Below are positions 14,371 to 29,095 of a DNA stretch of 64,000 nt, in pieces. The notes beneath the pieces were generated by a model. It saw nothing but the letters and a program-made list of their open reading frames with translations. It did not search any database and was not told the origin of the DNA. The stretch is from Eledone cirrhosa (Eukaryota), in the NCBI GenBank assembly GCA_964016885.1, contig OZ024756.1:32984001-33048000 (forward strand), in the 5' to 3' direction. Position 1 is the first letter of the stretch; the number at the start of each line of letters is the position of its first letter. Made by a program: the position numbers and the translations under genes.

Positions 14371-14460
14371 TCGTATTTTTACTACAATTATTTGTTGAGT
14401 GCTTTATATCAGTTATAAAAATATTTGCTTGTTGTATCCCAACAATTTAAATAGAACTTT

Positions 14461-14463
<3 letters not shown>
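14371..14463 (+). mobile_element. Tail-only copy of family G element
   Basis: Near-identical to 18459-18551; reverse copy at 63053-63146; each ends at the same point at (TA)n. Confidence 0.85.
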
Positions 14464-14514
<51 letters not shown>

Positions 14515-15216
14515 TCATAACACACCTATAATTATTTCTTCTTGTGGATATATTTGTTATTTACCACACACGCAATCGTAACTGAACACATATATATTCA
14601 TATATATACACATATATGAAGAGTCTACCATATCAAAATTTAAAATATAGTGTAACTAGGATTACATAAAGTAACGCGCCTTTCTTTTTCTATCAACGGT
14701 AATTTCATGCAGATTTGGCTGCACATACTAGTAGTACGAGCGATAACATAATTACGTTGGTGGCAAATGCTTTACTATTTATATATATTATGGGATATTT
14801 ATTCATGTAAAGCTTAATCCCACACTCTAGTATTCCCGTTGTACGTAACGAATGAATATTTTGGATGATTAAATATATAGTACCTTACTCCCTCAGTCTA
14901 TGAATATACAATCCACTTTACTGTTTAGTATTACATATGCTTGGCAGGTTTCGCAATATTCAGCAAAGAATAATTTTAGAATTCAGATAATATAGGATTT
15001 ATCTGGAGGAGAAAATAAACTGAATAAAATTGCGTAATGTTATAGCCAATCTAATATCGCAACAGCGGCCATATTATTGAAGTAAGAGAACAAACGTTAG
15101 TTGTCTGATATAGGAAACCACTGGAGTGAAATCTACCTATAACCACTATCTGATATTACAAAAGGTAGATATTCTGAATATAAACGGCTGATACTAAACA
15201 TAAAAACACAGTAAAT

Positions 15217-15461
15217 GATTGCTTCTGCTTTTGGCACAAGGCCAGCAATCATCAGTGTATTACTGGTACTTTATTTTATCAACCCCGTAAGGACGAAAGG
15301 TAAAGTTAACCTCGGCGGGATTTGAACTCAGCTCGTAAAGGGTTGTTACTCTTTGTTGCATAGCATGGTGTCTAACCCTCTACTGGTACTGTCATCCACT
15401 GCCAATACAGTAAATAATTGTTTCTACTTTAGGCACAAGGCCAGCAATTACCCAGTACATT
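15217..15461 (-). mobile_element. Two stacked SINEs (full 15217-15403, truncated 15416-15461)
   Basis: SINE reverse complements separated and flanked by ACAGTAAAT at 15208, 15407 and 15462. Confidence 0.85.
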
Positions 15462-16107
15462 ACAGTAAATAATATGTCCTCTATTGCAGCGTAAATAATT
15501 GCAAGACGTTTTTGAGGACAGAGACAATGTTAAAACTGAATAGCGATGCGGTATGGAACAGGCTTGTTGTTTATACTCCTACATCGGATAACGTGAAAAT
15601 CTTGCTAGGGAAATTAAAGTGCTGGTCGTCTTATAATTCAACTGATATTTGTACTCTTAACGTAATTCGTCTGAAATTCAATGTGACACCTTATTTGATA
15701 TATCTGTGTCTGTGTTGAAATCGTTACGACACATTTTATCCAGCTGAGTTTAGTGGGCTAGCGAGGAATAAATTGTCGTGCGAAAATTCATAAGGTCACA
15801 AGGTACACTTGTCCCTAATTCACCACTCTAAGATAGTGAGCCAAATACCATAAACGTTAAGCTACGCCCTACTCCAGTTTGGGGGGATGTACATTGTGAC
15901 AGCCGTACGGAAAAATAAATGTAATTTACATGTTCATCTAAATTGCACTAATATAAAGCCTAGTGGCATTCCTTAGCGACTTGGGAATGAAAAAGGGAGA
16001 TAATTGCAACGCATTACGAATAATCGAAAAAATAAATGTAATGCTTAAAGGGATAATCTGGTGCAGTCTCCCACATTTTACCTTGCACTAACCAAATGCT
16101 ATATGCA

Positions 16108-16147
<40 letters not shown>

Positions 16148-16391
16148 ATATGAATACACATACACACACACACATATATATATATAAACATATATATATA
16201 TAAATATAAACATAAATATATATATATATACATATATATATACAGACATACACATATATATATATAAACATATATATATAAATATAAACATATATATATA
16301 AATATAAACATATATATATACGTATATGCATACATAAATATAAAAATATATATATACGTATATGCATACATTATATATACATATGCATACG

Positions 16392-16463
<72 letters not shown>

Positions 16464-17102
16464 GTGTATGTATATGTATGTGTGTGTGTATATATGTGTG
16501 TGTGTGTTTCTGAGAGAAAGAGGGTGAGAGTGAGAAAGAGAGAGAGCGAGAAGAGATAACGTGTGTGTAAATCTATGCAGTAAATGTACTTGAATGCAAA
16601 TACATGTCGATTAATCCTGAACTGTTGAATATATTCTGCGCTATGATTGATTTTTATGTGTTTTAGATAGCTTTTGGGAGAAAAACATTAAGCAATTTTG
16701 TTTTAGTGAAAATTCACAAAAAGCAAAATATCTAAAAAACGTATTGAAGTAAATCTCAATTAGATTATAAAATTTATTTTCACTTTTTTTCTTATTTAAT
16801 TGAATCAGAAAATTTTTACAAAAATCGATTTCGTTGTTGTACGAATCTTACTAGTTTTCTTTTTTTTTTAATGTTATGCACAACCATGGACGATGATGAA
16901 GCTTTATAGCATTTTAGATCCCACTGGCGTTGACAAGATAGATATATGTATATATATATATATATATGTATGTATATAGTGTGGGTATGTGTGTTTGGAT
17001 AAATTGTGTTTACATATATGTATATTTTATGCGTACATATACATACACGTGTATACACACACACACACACATATATTTATATATATACATATATATATAT
17101 AT

Positions 17103-17141
<39 letters not shown>

Positions 17142-18092
17142 TTGACAGATAGAAAGAGAGATAGAGATAAAGAGACAGCAAGAGACAGTGAGAGAGGATG
17201 GGAAGGAAAAAAGGGGAAGATTGGTAGAGACATGATTAAAGGAAAGCAAAAAAAGAAAAGAAGAAGAGCTCATCCAAAAAATAAAAAAAATACAATATGA
17301 AATTGGTATGAAAGGGGCTGGGATAACGTAATGCAGGAAAACAATGTTGAATTTTAAAAGAAAGAAAAATAGAACGAAAGAAGGAAAGAAAGTAAACATA
17401 TATCAGACGACAAAAAATATACGAGAATCCTGTATAATGAGAGTTGAATCACAACAAACCAACTAAGAATAAACACAGAAAAAATGAAGATGATAACATT
17501 TGGATGAGAAGATAAACACGAATGTAAAATGTAAATAACATGCAATGAAACCTAAAACTGTAACGTGTATAGAACATGTAAAATGACTAATGTAAGAATG
17601 ATATGAAGAGATAACGAATAATATAACAGATATTGCAGAGTTCAATGTGAGAAGGAGCTCTAATAAATCCACCTGCTGTATATGGGACGAGCGAATAGGC
17701 CATCACGTCTATGTTTGCCTTTTTTTATGGCCTTGATTATGTCTTTCAATCTAGATATTTGGGTCATGCTGAAAATTCGGAGTCACTAATGGGTGCTTCT
17801 TTAGATAATATTAAAATGTGTTTTAACACTACAGTATTTTAAACATATATTGAACATTCGTAGGAAATGTAGAATTCCTAAATATTGAAAATAACTATAA
17901 CTGCAGTGGTCTGCTAAGAATAGAGATTAAAATCGGACAAAATATCCTTATAAACAGAAGTTGGATCTTTGTAGTATCTTCTGCCTAATTATACTCCCAT
18001 ATATGGTATTTTAGGTGATTTTCGAAGCAATCGACAGTTGTTATTTGTGTCACAAAAACATTTAAAGACACTTCAACAGAATTGTAATAAAA

Positions 18093-18124
18093 GTGTGTGT
18101 ACATTTTGGGGGACATTCTGTATA
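18093..18124 (-). mobile_element. Possible Tc1/mariner terminal inverted repeat
   Basis: Minus strand TA-CAGAATGTCCCCCAAAATGTACACAC resembles Tc1-type CAGGGTGTCC.. ends; partner TIR not found. Confidence 0.35.
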
Positions 18125-18258
18125 TAATATATAAGCTCAGAGATAAAGGAAAATGCCAGTGATATTGAAGATTCGCCATTGATACATCTTCGGAATAATA
18201 AGCAGTCTAAAGAAACACTATTACCGAAACTGCGATGTTAATGCCACCCTGGCATATA

Positions 18259-18308
18259 GCGAGAATTACGGTTGGAAGCTCCCGGGAGCTTCCAACAGTA
18301 ATGGTCGC
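18259..18308. repeat. Near-perfect palindrome upstream of HHR
   Basis: ATTACGGTTGGAAGCTCCC|GGGAGCTTCCAACAGTAAT (one mismatch), extended by GCGA/TCGC. Confidence 0.9.
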
Positions 18309-18356
18309 ATTCTTTAAGGGTATGTCAATATTTATTTATAAAACTGCTCTATATTA

Positions 18357-18421
18357 TATTTTATCTGAAGAAAGCACACCATAATTTAACTTGGTGTCCT
18401 TGAAATATGTATAATGAAATA
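18357..18421 (+). ncRNA. Type I hammerhead ribozyme (family G)
   Basis: TATTTTAT-CTGAAGA-AAGCACACCA(loop)TGGTGTCCTT-GAA-ATATGTAT-A(AUA)-ATGAAATA; followed by family G tail and (TA)n. Confidence 0.8.
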
Positions 18422-18548
18422 AATATGGTTTTATAAATATAGTTTCCATTTGTTAATATCGTATTTTTACTCCAATTATTTGTTGAGTGCTTTATATCAG
18501 TTATAAAAATATTTGCTTGTTGTATCCCAACAATTTAAATAGAATTTC

Positions 18549-18612
<64 letters not shown>

Positions 18613-19809
18613 AGTGAAATAACGCGGTTTTGCTCAGCTCACAGTGAGGATTGTGAACACAATATGAAATTAAAAAATATCCGGTTTTCAAAGGTTATGA
18701 CTTAACTGAAATGCTACCGCAGGGAAATAAAATGCCTTACAGTATTTATGCTAGAAATACATAAGCAGGAGCTAATAGCGAACAAGAATCTATTATATAT
18801 GAGAAATTGCATTTAGTCTTGCTACGAAATAACATTTGCTTTACAATCCGTAGAGAGGCTGCATATTTCGGTTCAATATATTTGAACATTTCCAAGGTTA
18901 GATGTCATCTATGAATATTCCATGTAATCTAGAGATGAACCGGAGTATTTCATATTTATAATATATTGCAATATATTTACGTTGTAAATATTTGTAAATA
19001 ATTACATTATATACAACCCAGCATGTGAATTCATTAAATTTATTTAACTCCAAACTCGGTTTAATATATATAATGATAGGCCTCGTTTTTCAGGAGATTA
19101 AAGAAGGTACACTATATACATTCACAACACAGCTTGGGAAGCAATGGCCCAGAGGCAATCTCTGCGTTGAATTGTACTTAATCCAGAGACTTAAGTATTA
19201 ATTGTTAAACTACCATCAGATCCAATGAGGAGCAATTTTCTTTAATTTAATTATTCGTTTCAGTCCAAGAATAGGAGAGGTGAACAAACTGACATATGTA
19301 ATTAATTTTAATCAATTATAATAAATTTAAATGATGTCTTCCTATATATTTCCTGATCCAAATAGCCCACATAGCCCAACGTTTCTTATGTCTTATTACT
19401 AAGAGTGTCTCGTAAATAATTTTAAAATATTTCGACAATGAGATATCCATGCTTCTTATTAACGGAACAGCGTACTCTTGAATGTAACGTTCAAATAGAT
19501 GAGAATTCTAGTGACAAGTGTATTCTTAATGGAATTCTGAGGAAGAGTCAATGTGAGACAGTTTGTAACAACGCTGACCGTATGAATTACCAGGACAGTC
19601 AATTTGATGGGCTTACATGGACTTTCCGTCTACACAATTGTACTCCCAAGTCATAGGAAGACACGAAGCTATGGTAAACAAAATGTGGCCGTGATTCTAC
19701 GCAATAGGATCGATCACGAGACCAATTCCTTTACCATTCAGTCAAAACAACCTCCGTACGCACATAACACAAACGCACTCACACTCTCACACAGATGTGT
19801 GTATGTAAA

Positions 19810-19915
19810 GGATTTTCGTGGAAAAGGTAAAGGAAAGAAGCCTGCACTATGTGTATGTATAGTACAGAGCTATTTAATTATGCAATAAACAACCCATTAT
19901 AATCATTCCATTACC
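19810..19915 (-). mobile_element. Old diverged copy of family D tail
   Basis: GGAAAAGGTAAAGGAAAGAAG..TGCACTATGT..CAGAGCT..TTATGCAATAAACAAC aligns by eye with 9735-9830. Confidence 0.5.
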
Positions 19916-20092
19916 AAAATTAGATGATTTGAACAGAAACTTATGATATCGCTCGACCTACGTTATCAGACGTTTCTTTAAGAATTGCCTAACTTCTTGA
20001 AAACTTGGGTAATGTAATAATTATATTGTTACATAATTATATCTATCTATATATATGTATGTGTGTGTGTGTGTATGTATATGTGTATATGC

Positions 20093-20134
<42 letters not shown>

Positions 20135-21024
20135 AAGACTATAAACAATACTATATTATATTGGCGTAGGAAGTGATCAGAAATAAAAAAACATATTTTC
20201 CTTGAAGTAAAAAGAAGATATTATCAATTTTACTTTCAGATATGATATCATTATTGTTACCATTGAACACATGTCTCTCTATAAACATTTCCTATGTAAG
20301 CTGAAACAATATCTTAAAATATTCTTACATAATAGCAATTTACAGAAAGGAAAAGAGAAAAGAAAAATACATATATGAAAATACTTCTTTAGATATTACT
20401 AATCAATATATTATCATTATATGATACAATCTCTTGCACACACAACAGAATAGATAGACGCCTACTCATACACACATACATATACAGATACACAGGTATT
20501 CAGTCACACACATACATACATCCTCACATAGAAACTCATGCATATTATAGACATAGAAAATTACTCACATTTTTAATTACATTCAATGAAACAAAAATTC
20601 ATTACGACGGTGTATTATCTTTGTATGGTATTTATAATTTTAGTGTTCAGGGGTTTTACGTTATATCGTATCTCAATCTCATTCCGTTTCTATATTGTAT
20701 ATTATATTACGTTCTGACAGCCTTAGGATATACTTGTAAATATTAACGATATATATAGTAAAGACCAGATGATGTATAACATATTATATTCTAGTTCTGC
20801 GTAGTATACCCCGCCCCCTTTATGTATATATACATATATATATATATACATTTTTTATATATTTATATATATATATATGTATATAATTAAATATATAAAT
20901 ATATATATTTATATATATGTATATATATATAGATATATAAATATATATATATATATTCATATATATCTATATATACAGATATATATATATACAGATATAT
21001 ATATATGTATATATATGTATATAA

Positions 21025-21059
<35 letters not shown>

Positions 21060-21247
21060 GATAGATAGATAGATAAATATATATATATATAAATATGTAT
21101 ATTAACATATATATATATTAACATATATATATTTTACCGTTCTTATATATCTGATATATATTTATCCTTGTCAAGCCCTCTTTGGATGTTGGTCTTCAAA
21201 TTTATTATTATTACTATATATATATACAGATATATATATATGTATAT

Positions 21248-21332
<85 letters not shown>

Positions 21333-21518
21333 TGTGGCCGAAACTAGAGTATGAGAATAATTGAAGGTACTCATTTACGTGCTTGTATTGGAGGGAATAA
21401 CTATTTATCTACTCTGGAAGTTTATGTAACGTTACCTATTGAGTCCTCTGAGATGCAACCGGTCCTAGCAGTGAAACCCATGCTAGTTGCGTCAACTTAT
21501 TATTATTATTATTATTAT

Positions 21519-21600
21519 TGCCTTTCATCCTTACGGGGTTGATAGAATAAAGTACCACTAATGTACTGAGTAATTGCTGGCCTCATGCCAAAAGTAGAAA
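21519..21600 (+). mobile_element. 5'-truncated SINE inserted in (ATT)n
   Basis: GCCTTTCATCCTTACGGGG...GCCAAAAGTAGAAA flanked by (TAT)n. Confidence 0.85.
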
Positions 21601-21700
<100 letters not shown>

Positions 21701-22235
21701 CATAACAACTAGAAATTGATTACCATATAAATAAACATATGGGGATAATTTTTACAAGTGTGCAAGCACACATAGCTAGGTAGGTAACTAAATAAAGTTA
21801 ACTAGAACTTCAGAAATAGATACCTTATAATATGCTTAATCTTCCCTGTATATATTCCATTAAAGAAATATATTTCACCAATTAATCGAATGGTAAACGA
21901 CGGAGGCCGGTACATGGATTTTCAACAAGGAAGAAGTTCAGCGATCTGTGTTTACGCATTAAGTTCAAATTAGCGACTGGCCAGTAACACGTGCTTTATC
22001 TACTAAAAATTACACACATCATATCAGCTTCGTCGCAGTGGCGTGAATAGGGTTATCGACAACTAGAAACAGCAGTCAAGTCCTATCAACAGAGTTCGCT
22101 CTACAATTAAGGAGCCGTATTTATATATCTATATCCAAAATGTTGGATATATATATATACATACATACTCCGCCATCCTTGTTTTTTAGGAACTAATATG
22201 ACGTTGAGAGCTAGAGTGAATTGCATCCTTATCCT

Positions 22236-22318
<83 letters not shown>

Positions 22319-22769
22319 GAGTCATTGCTCGCGCCAACTAGAGGTATATGATTTTTAAAGCGATGAAATACCAATGAAAGTTGGAAGATCACTATGAAGG
22401 ACTAATGTTATTCATATGTAACACATGTGCAGCCACGCAGCTCTCCATTTTTCATATATTTATATAGAACTTAGAAGGCCAAGGCTAAACAGATAACATG
22501 AATGGAATAACAACAACACCCAAACAAACAACACTGACCTAAGAGAAGTATAAATAAATAAATAAATAAATAAATACACAAGCACAATAACAACAAACAC
22601 ATATAAACACACACTAGTAAACTAAGATAGAATACATTAACCAATACACAGTCACCCAAGCAAGAACACACATCAAACAAAACACTATACACACACGCAA
22701 AAAAAATAAACAAATAAATAAATAAATAAACAGACTAAATAAAGATGGCGTAAGCATACAATACAACGG

Positions 22770-23011
22770 GAGGAAACATAATAGCACCACTGACGATGTT
22801 GCAGATGTGCAACGAAAGACTATATATATGTGTTTGTGTCTATATCGTATCTGTATTTTTTACCGTTGGTCAGTCAATGGCAACATTGAGAACCGAATAA
22901 ATTAAATTAACCGATATAAAAGACACAGAAGCGAAAACCAACCAAACAGTGAGTGTGTTCTGTTATTAATTCTGGCAATACTATTACACAAATATGACCC
23001 TCCCCAAGTAT

Positions 23012-23015
<4 letters not shown>
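22770..23015 (+). mobile_element. Family A mini-element with partial HHR
   Basis: CTGACGA(22790)-T-GTTGCA-GATG-TGCAAC-GAAA; same tail as 703-960. Confidence 0.7.
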
Positions 23016-23042
<27 letters not shown>

Positions 23043-23045
<3 letters not shown>

Positions 23046-23338
23046 GAAGTAATTCCGTCGATAAATCCAGGAAAAAAGAGTGCTCTATGTAGGTAACAGA
23101 GCTTAATAGTTATGTAATAAACAACACAAGGCAATTATTTCATTTGCCAGTGGTTTCTTAAAAGCAAAAAAAATGTTGCTTTCAATCATCAGAATGAAAA
23201 AAACCCTGGCGTATTTATTGACGTTGGATAAATACGCCAGGAGTTTTTCATTCTGATGATTGAAAGCAAATTTCTGTTGCTTTTAAGAAACCAGTGGTAA
23301 ATGAAATAATTGCCTTATGTTGTTTATTACATAACTAT
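23043..23338. mobile_element. Family D element with ~110-bp inverted repeat carrying two divergent HHRs
   Basis: Arms ~23106-23218 / ~23228-23338; minus-strand HHR 23139-23198 (GUA changed to GCA); plus-strand HHR 23247-23305. Confidence 0.88.
23247..23305 (+). ncRNA. Type I hammerhead ribozyme, intact fold (family D)
   Basis: TTCATT-CTGATGA-TTGAAAGCAA(7-nt loop)TTGCTTTTAA-GAA-ACCA G TGGT-A-AATGAA. Confidence 0.88.
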
Positions 23339-23345
23339 ATATATA

Positions 23346-23440
<95 letters not shown>

Positions 23441-24150
23441 CTATATTGTATTTGACATCATATATATATACATTAGAATATTTATTACTATATTGCATTA
23501 GACAAATACACTAGAGGTGGTAATATATTAGTACAGTTTGTTCAGTACATACATCGAATTTTATTTAATGAAACTAAATAAAAATGTCACCGGTTCTAGA
23601 ACCTTGACTCATAAATTAGATTAGAGGTACCGAGTGACATTGTTCTTTAATTTCATGTAATATTAATTCTCTGAAATATTTGAATTCCAATACTAAATAA
23701 TTAAAAACCTTAAAATGTTCATGAACAAAATGAATGAAATATTTACACAACAAAAGCAAAAGAAATAGAGCGCCGCAGCAAAATAAGATAGTTTGATCAA
23801 AAAGGACAACATTAAACAGTCATGTGACAGTCTTTATGTGAAACTTAATCTCGTGTGATATCAACATCTGTTAAGAAACGATATTAACTCAACTCTTTCA
23901 TCTAAGCTCCAAGCGCAAAAAATATATATAATACAAATGAGTTGCTTTCCCAATTACTCCTTCATAATAAGATACTCTCACACTCACACACACACACACA
24001 CCCACCCACACGCGCACACACTCACACACACACAGCCACATACACATACACACACACGCACACACACACGCCCACTAACACACACAGCCACAGACACATA
24101 CACACACACACATACATATATATATATTTCTATATCTCTCTCTTTCTATC

Positions 24151-24216
<66 letters not shown>

Positions 24217-24270
24217 CAAACAGACACATATATATATATATATATATACACATATATATATATATATATA

Positions 24271-24338
<68 letters not shown>

Positions 24339-24421
24339 CACGCATATACATATATATATACACACACACATATATATATATGATATATATATATACACAC
24401 ACATTCACACAGACACACACC

Positions 24422-24473
<52 letters not shown>

Positions 24474-25102
24474 TATACTGTGTATAGCCGTGTTTGTCCC
24501 TATTTTAAGTACATTTAGAAAAACGTGTGCAAATAATTATGTTATGGCGTATATTTAGTATATGAGAATGCATTATAGTGTAACACATCATTAAAATAAT
24601 TCCTTCAGAGGTTGTATTTAATTTGATAAGGAAAAAAGAAAAAGAACCTAAAATAAGTAAGAAAATATGTAGTTTGTGCTTTAAACTAAACGAACATAAT
24701 ATAGCATATCGAATTTAAATGTAATATATTAATATAAACATCTCGCATACTAAAAGGCAATCAGTAGGTACATATTAAGATGTTCTTTTATTGTTTTCAT
24801 CTTTCATCTTGGCAATCTGAACTGAGAGCCATATTGCGGAATCCATTGCCAAAAAAGTGCGATCACATAACAGCGTTTGCAAGCATATAATTTAAGTGTT
24901 ATATTGCTTGGTCATGACTATACTCACACGAGCGTCTGTTGTATCCATGAGCCGAACACATTATTTCATGGTTCACCCCTCTTCTCAGGTGAGTCAATAC
25001 ACACGAGCGTTTTCCGATATTTATATATATATATATTTTTTTGTTTTCTTCCTTTCTCTCGTCACTCTCTAGATTTCTATTTGATATTTGATTTCTCATT
25101 TT

Positions 25103-25140
25103 GCCTTCTGATGAAGGAATATTTTCCGAAACGTAAACGT
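25103..25140 (+). ncRNA. Minimal hammerhead ribozyme motif
   Basis: CTGATGA-A-GGAA-TATT-TTCC-GAA-ACGT-A; helix I GCCTT/AACGT imperfect. Confidence 0.65.
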
Positions 25141-25226
25141 GCTTTTCCTATTTTATCAAGCGTTAAACAAATATATACATTCATTGCAGTGTGTGTTTTT
25201 TCCGTTTACTTTACACACACACACAT

Positions 25227-25264
<38 letters not shown>

Positions 25265-26330
25265 TGAGGAAGATATCCCACCACGAGCTTGAGGCTTCAG
25301 CTTGAGTAGATACAAGCTGAAATATACCGAGCGTGTGGGCGGCGTTAATATACGTAATTTGCATCTAATATATCCAGTACTACTTTAATGGTCTTTACGT
25401 TCTTTGCACACACACACACACACACATACACACACGCACACACACACATACACACACACATATATATATACACGTATACACACACGCACAGATTCTGCTA
25501 ATTTGGTCGCCATCAGATTAATTTGTAGACTGTAATGTTGTGTTACGCTTCTGTCGTTTCTAAAAGCCTGTGTCCCGGTTTTATCAACGAAATACTCTGC
25601 TCATGGCCATATGCTAGCGAGGTCAATACACTAACCTCTAATGGCTGCCACCTACACAAACACTTTTAATACAACTATTTATAAACTTATTATAGTAATC
25701 TCATAACTTATATATTCATTTCACTATAATCTAAATATCTGGATTACTTATCATTAAATAGCAAGTTATAATGCCCACGTTTGATGCATTGCAGAGGCTA
25801 TGCACGATCTTAGCTAAGAACATCTCATATGATATTGTCCATCATTCAATATAAACTGTTGTGGCTTTTATATGCTATCAATTTAAGGATCTTCAGATCT
25901 ATCAATATATTTACGGATTTATGGTATCGATTATTCTGTCATATTATGTACTATTAATCCACCCCAATTGTTAAAGAGCTGATGGTGCAGGCAAAATATT
26001 GTGCCAGTATCAGTAGGTCACAGAGATCGGACTCAATAAAAGCCGGAGTGGTGAAGAGAGTGGGTAAGGGTATTTCTAAAGTGTATTTGAAAAGAAAATC
26101 ATGAGATACGTGGCTTGAGGCTTTGGTCAAATCTACCCATTTATCATATATAATCACAATAGAGGAAACGAATATTTGTATTGTTCAGCTTGCCGATTTC
26201 ATGAGGATAAATATTTGAACTTTAAGTGTGCAAACAGCTGTAGATATAATAGGAAGATAACGGCCATACGAAGCATATGTATATATGTATGTAACAAACA
26301 TCGAAACATATATATATAATATATAAGATC

Positions 26331-26480
<150 letters not shown>

Positions 26481-26484
26481 TGAG

Positions 26485-26782
26485 ATGGCTTCTACAGGCC
26501 TAGGCCTCTCTGTTTCATTCGGGAGAAATATTTAGGAAGCCAACTGTCCAAGTAATATGGTGGCATTTATACCTTTTCTGGTGGTAGGAGAGGGTCGTGA
26601 TTGGGATTCTCCCCGCTCTCCTACCACCAGAAAAGGTATAAATACCACCATATTACGTGGACAGTCGGCGTCTCCCAAATGAAACAGTTCTAGTCCTGTA
26701 GAAGCCATTTCTATATTAAATATTTATACCCTGCTATATATTACCTTATTTACTGTGGTTACCCCAGATTGAACCCGGGATA

Positions 26783-26787
<5 letters not shown>
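26485..26787 (+). mobile_element. Family B fold-back element with 3' half of HHR
   Basis: Imperfect arms 26485-26592 / 26616-26708; GAA-ACAG..CTGT-A(GUA)-GAAGCC at 26681-26706; flanked by (GA)n and (TC)n. Confidence 0.8.
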
Positions 26788-26832
<45 letters not shown>

Positions 26833-26856
26833 TCTCTCTCTCTCCCTCTCTCTCTA

Positions 26857-26991
<135 letters not shown>

Positions 26992-27060
26992 ATAAATTCG
27001 AAGACTAAAATCCAAAGAGGGCTCGATAAGGATAAACATATATCAAGTATCGCTTCCCTG

Positions 27061-27181
27061 TCTTCCTCCGGTTGCAACCTTTTTTGAAATATTCACTTCT
27101 GCGTTTACAGATTGACTTTGATAGTTTCAGAAGATCCCCTTAAGAGTGAAAGCAGCGATTTTTTGCTTAAACTTTAATCTG

Positions 27182-27185
<4 letters not shown>
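27061..27185 (+). mobile_element. Family F tail
   Basis: Near reverse complement of 13783-13907; ends at (TA)n. Confidence 0.8.
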
Positions 27186-27263
<78 letters not shown>

Positions 27264-27487
27264 GGGGGGGTATGTGTGTGTGATGGCAACAAGTGGATTT
27301 CAAGTAATGTTATCGCTTGATACTTAATCATGAACTGCAAAGACGTGGTTTTTAGTCCTGCTAGGGACTTTCACACAGTTGCACAGACGTTGGAAAAATG
27401 GGGATCTATCGCAGTATGTGTAACGGTTCTGTTTTGGCGTACTTTCAAATGATACATACACACACAGCCATACCCACACATATACAC

Positions 27488-27544
<57 letters not shown>

Positions 27545-28107
27545 CAATTTCGATTATAATATTACAATTTCGAAACCAACACGCTGAATGATAAATTCCG
27601 TGGGTTCACTCAAATAATCTAGTAAAAGGTATAGTATAATGACTATAAATGGGAGTTGTCCATTCCATACATTACCACATTGTTTATATTGCATATAGTG
27701 TCATATCCAATCCAAAACTAAACATCCTCAATTTTTGAAACATATGTATGTAATGTCCTCTCTATCTGTAGTTTTTGCATCAAACATACAGGCATACTGA
27801 TTAATTAACTTCAAATGTAAGAGAGGTCACCTAATGTATGTATTATATAATTAATACTGAGTCATTTCAATACATAATTTTGTTCCGAGTCAGTATGAAT
27901 TATCATTTCTATGAATTATCATTTCGTTTTAACCATTAATTAAAGAAAATACACTAAATATATGATGGTATTTCTAACGTAGAATATATTAATACATCGT
28001 ATGTTTAACATTAAAACAACCACATGAGTAACACAAACATTAATATATTTTCACCGAACACACAGATACATGCGATGATGAAACACACGCTAACATGCTC
28101 ATATATT

Positions 28108-28139
<32 letters not shown>

Positions 28140-28205
28140 TATATACACATATATATATATATATGGACATATATACACATACATATATATATATATATAC
28201 ATATA

Positions 28206-28367
28206 CCAGCAATTATGCCAGTGTATTACTGGTACTTTATTTTATCGACCCCGTAAGGATGAAAGACAAAGTTAACCTCGATGGGATTTGAACTGAGACC
28301 ATAAAGGGCCGTAACTCTTGCTGCAGAGCATGGCGTCCGACCCTCTACCGATACCCCCAATCCACCG
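28206..28367 (-). mobile_element. SINE lacking extreme 3' tail
   Basis: Reverse complement of 1196-1384 consensus. Confidence 0.9.
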
Positions 28368-28494
28368 AACAGTGTTTACTTCACCGTCTCGCTGATGTAT
28401 TTGAACATTTTGCATGCATTCAAGCTTCATTTGTGAATATCTATTTCATTATAAAATGTAATCTATTAAATTAATACGTTTTAATGATTGTATA

Positions 28495-28520
28495 CTTTTC
28501 TTTGTCTATTTCAGGTGAGT
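28495..28520 (+). promoter_or_regulatory. Candidate recursive splice site (3' acceptor abutting 5' donor)
   Basis: CTTTTCTTTGTCTATTTCAG|GTGAGT. Confidence 0.3.
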
Positions 28521-29054
28521 ACATATTTCATCATTTGCTGGTTGTGAGTATATGGCGTCCATTTCCTTTCATATCTTGTTTGTCATTTATTTTCCAGTAC
28601 AAGGAATTGTACGTTTCTTAGAAACTCTATTTAGTACATCTTATATACTAAATGGAATGAGACCGCCGGGATACTTTTGTATTTTGACGATATGCATCTA
28701 AAATATATTCTTTCAAATGCAGATACACATGTATAGACACATGTTTAAGGCCATGACATATGTCACGTTTTTGGCTTGTTTATCTTACACTCGAAATCTA
28801 CTAATATGGTAGAGATGAATTAATCATGCAAATAATAAAACCTGATTTAGATTATCATCCCTTTCGGCAGGAAATATAATACGAAATATAAATAAGGCTT
28901 AAAATACAAAGAACGAATGTGAATATATGAATCAGAGTATAGTAGGATAAAGCTTGAAGCTGATTTAGAAAGAATTACATAGAAGAGATATGGATAAATC
29001 CCATTGCTTTTACAATAATATTCTATGCCCCCCTCTCTCTTTCTCTCTCTCTCT

Positions 29055-29095
<41 letters not shown>

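Noticed and set aside
21445-21495. HHR-like CTGAGA..TGC/GCA..GAAAC
   Set aside because: Core missing one base; helices I and III not convincing
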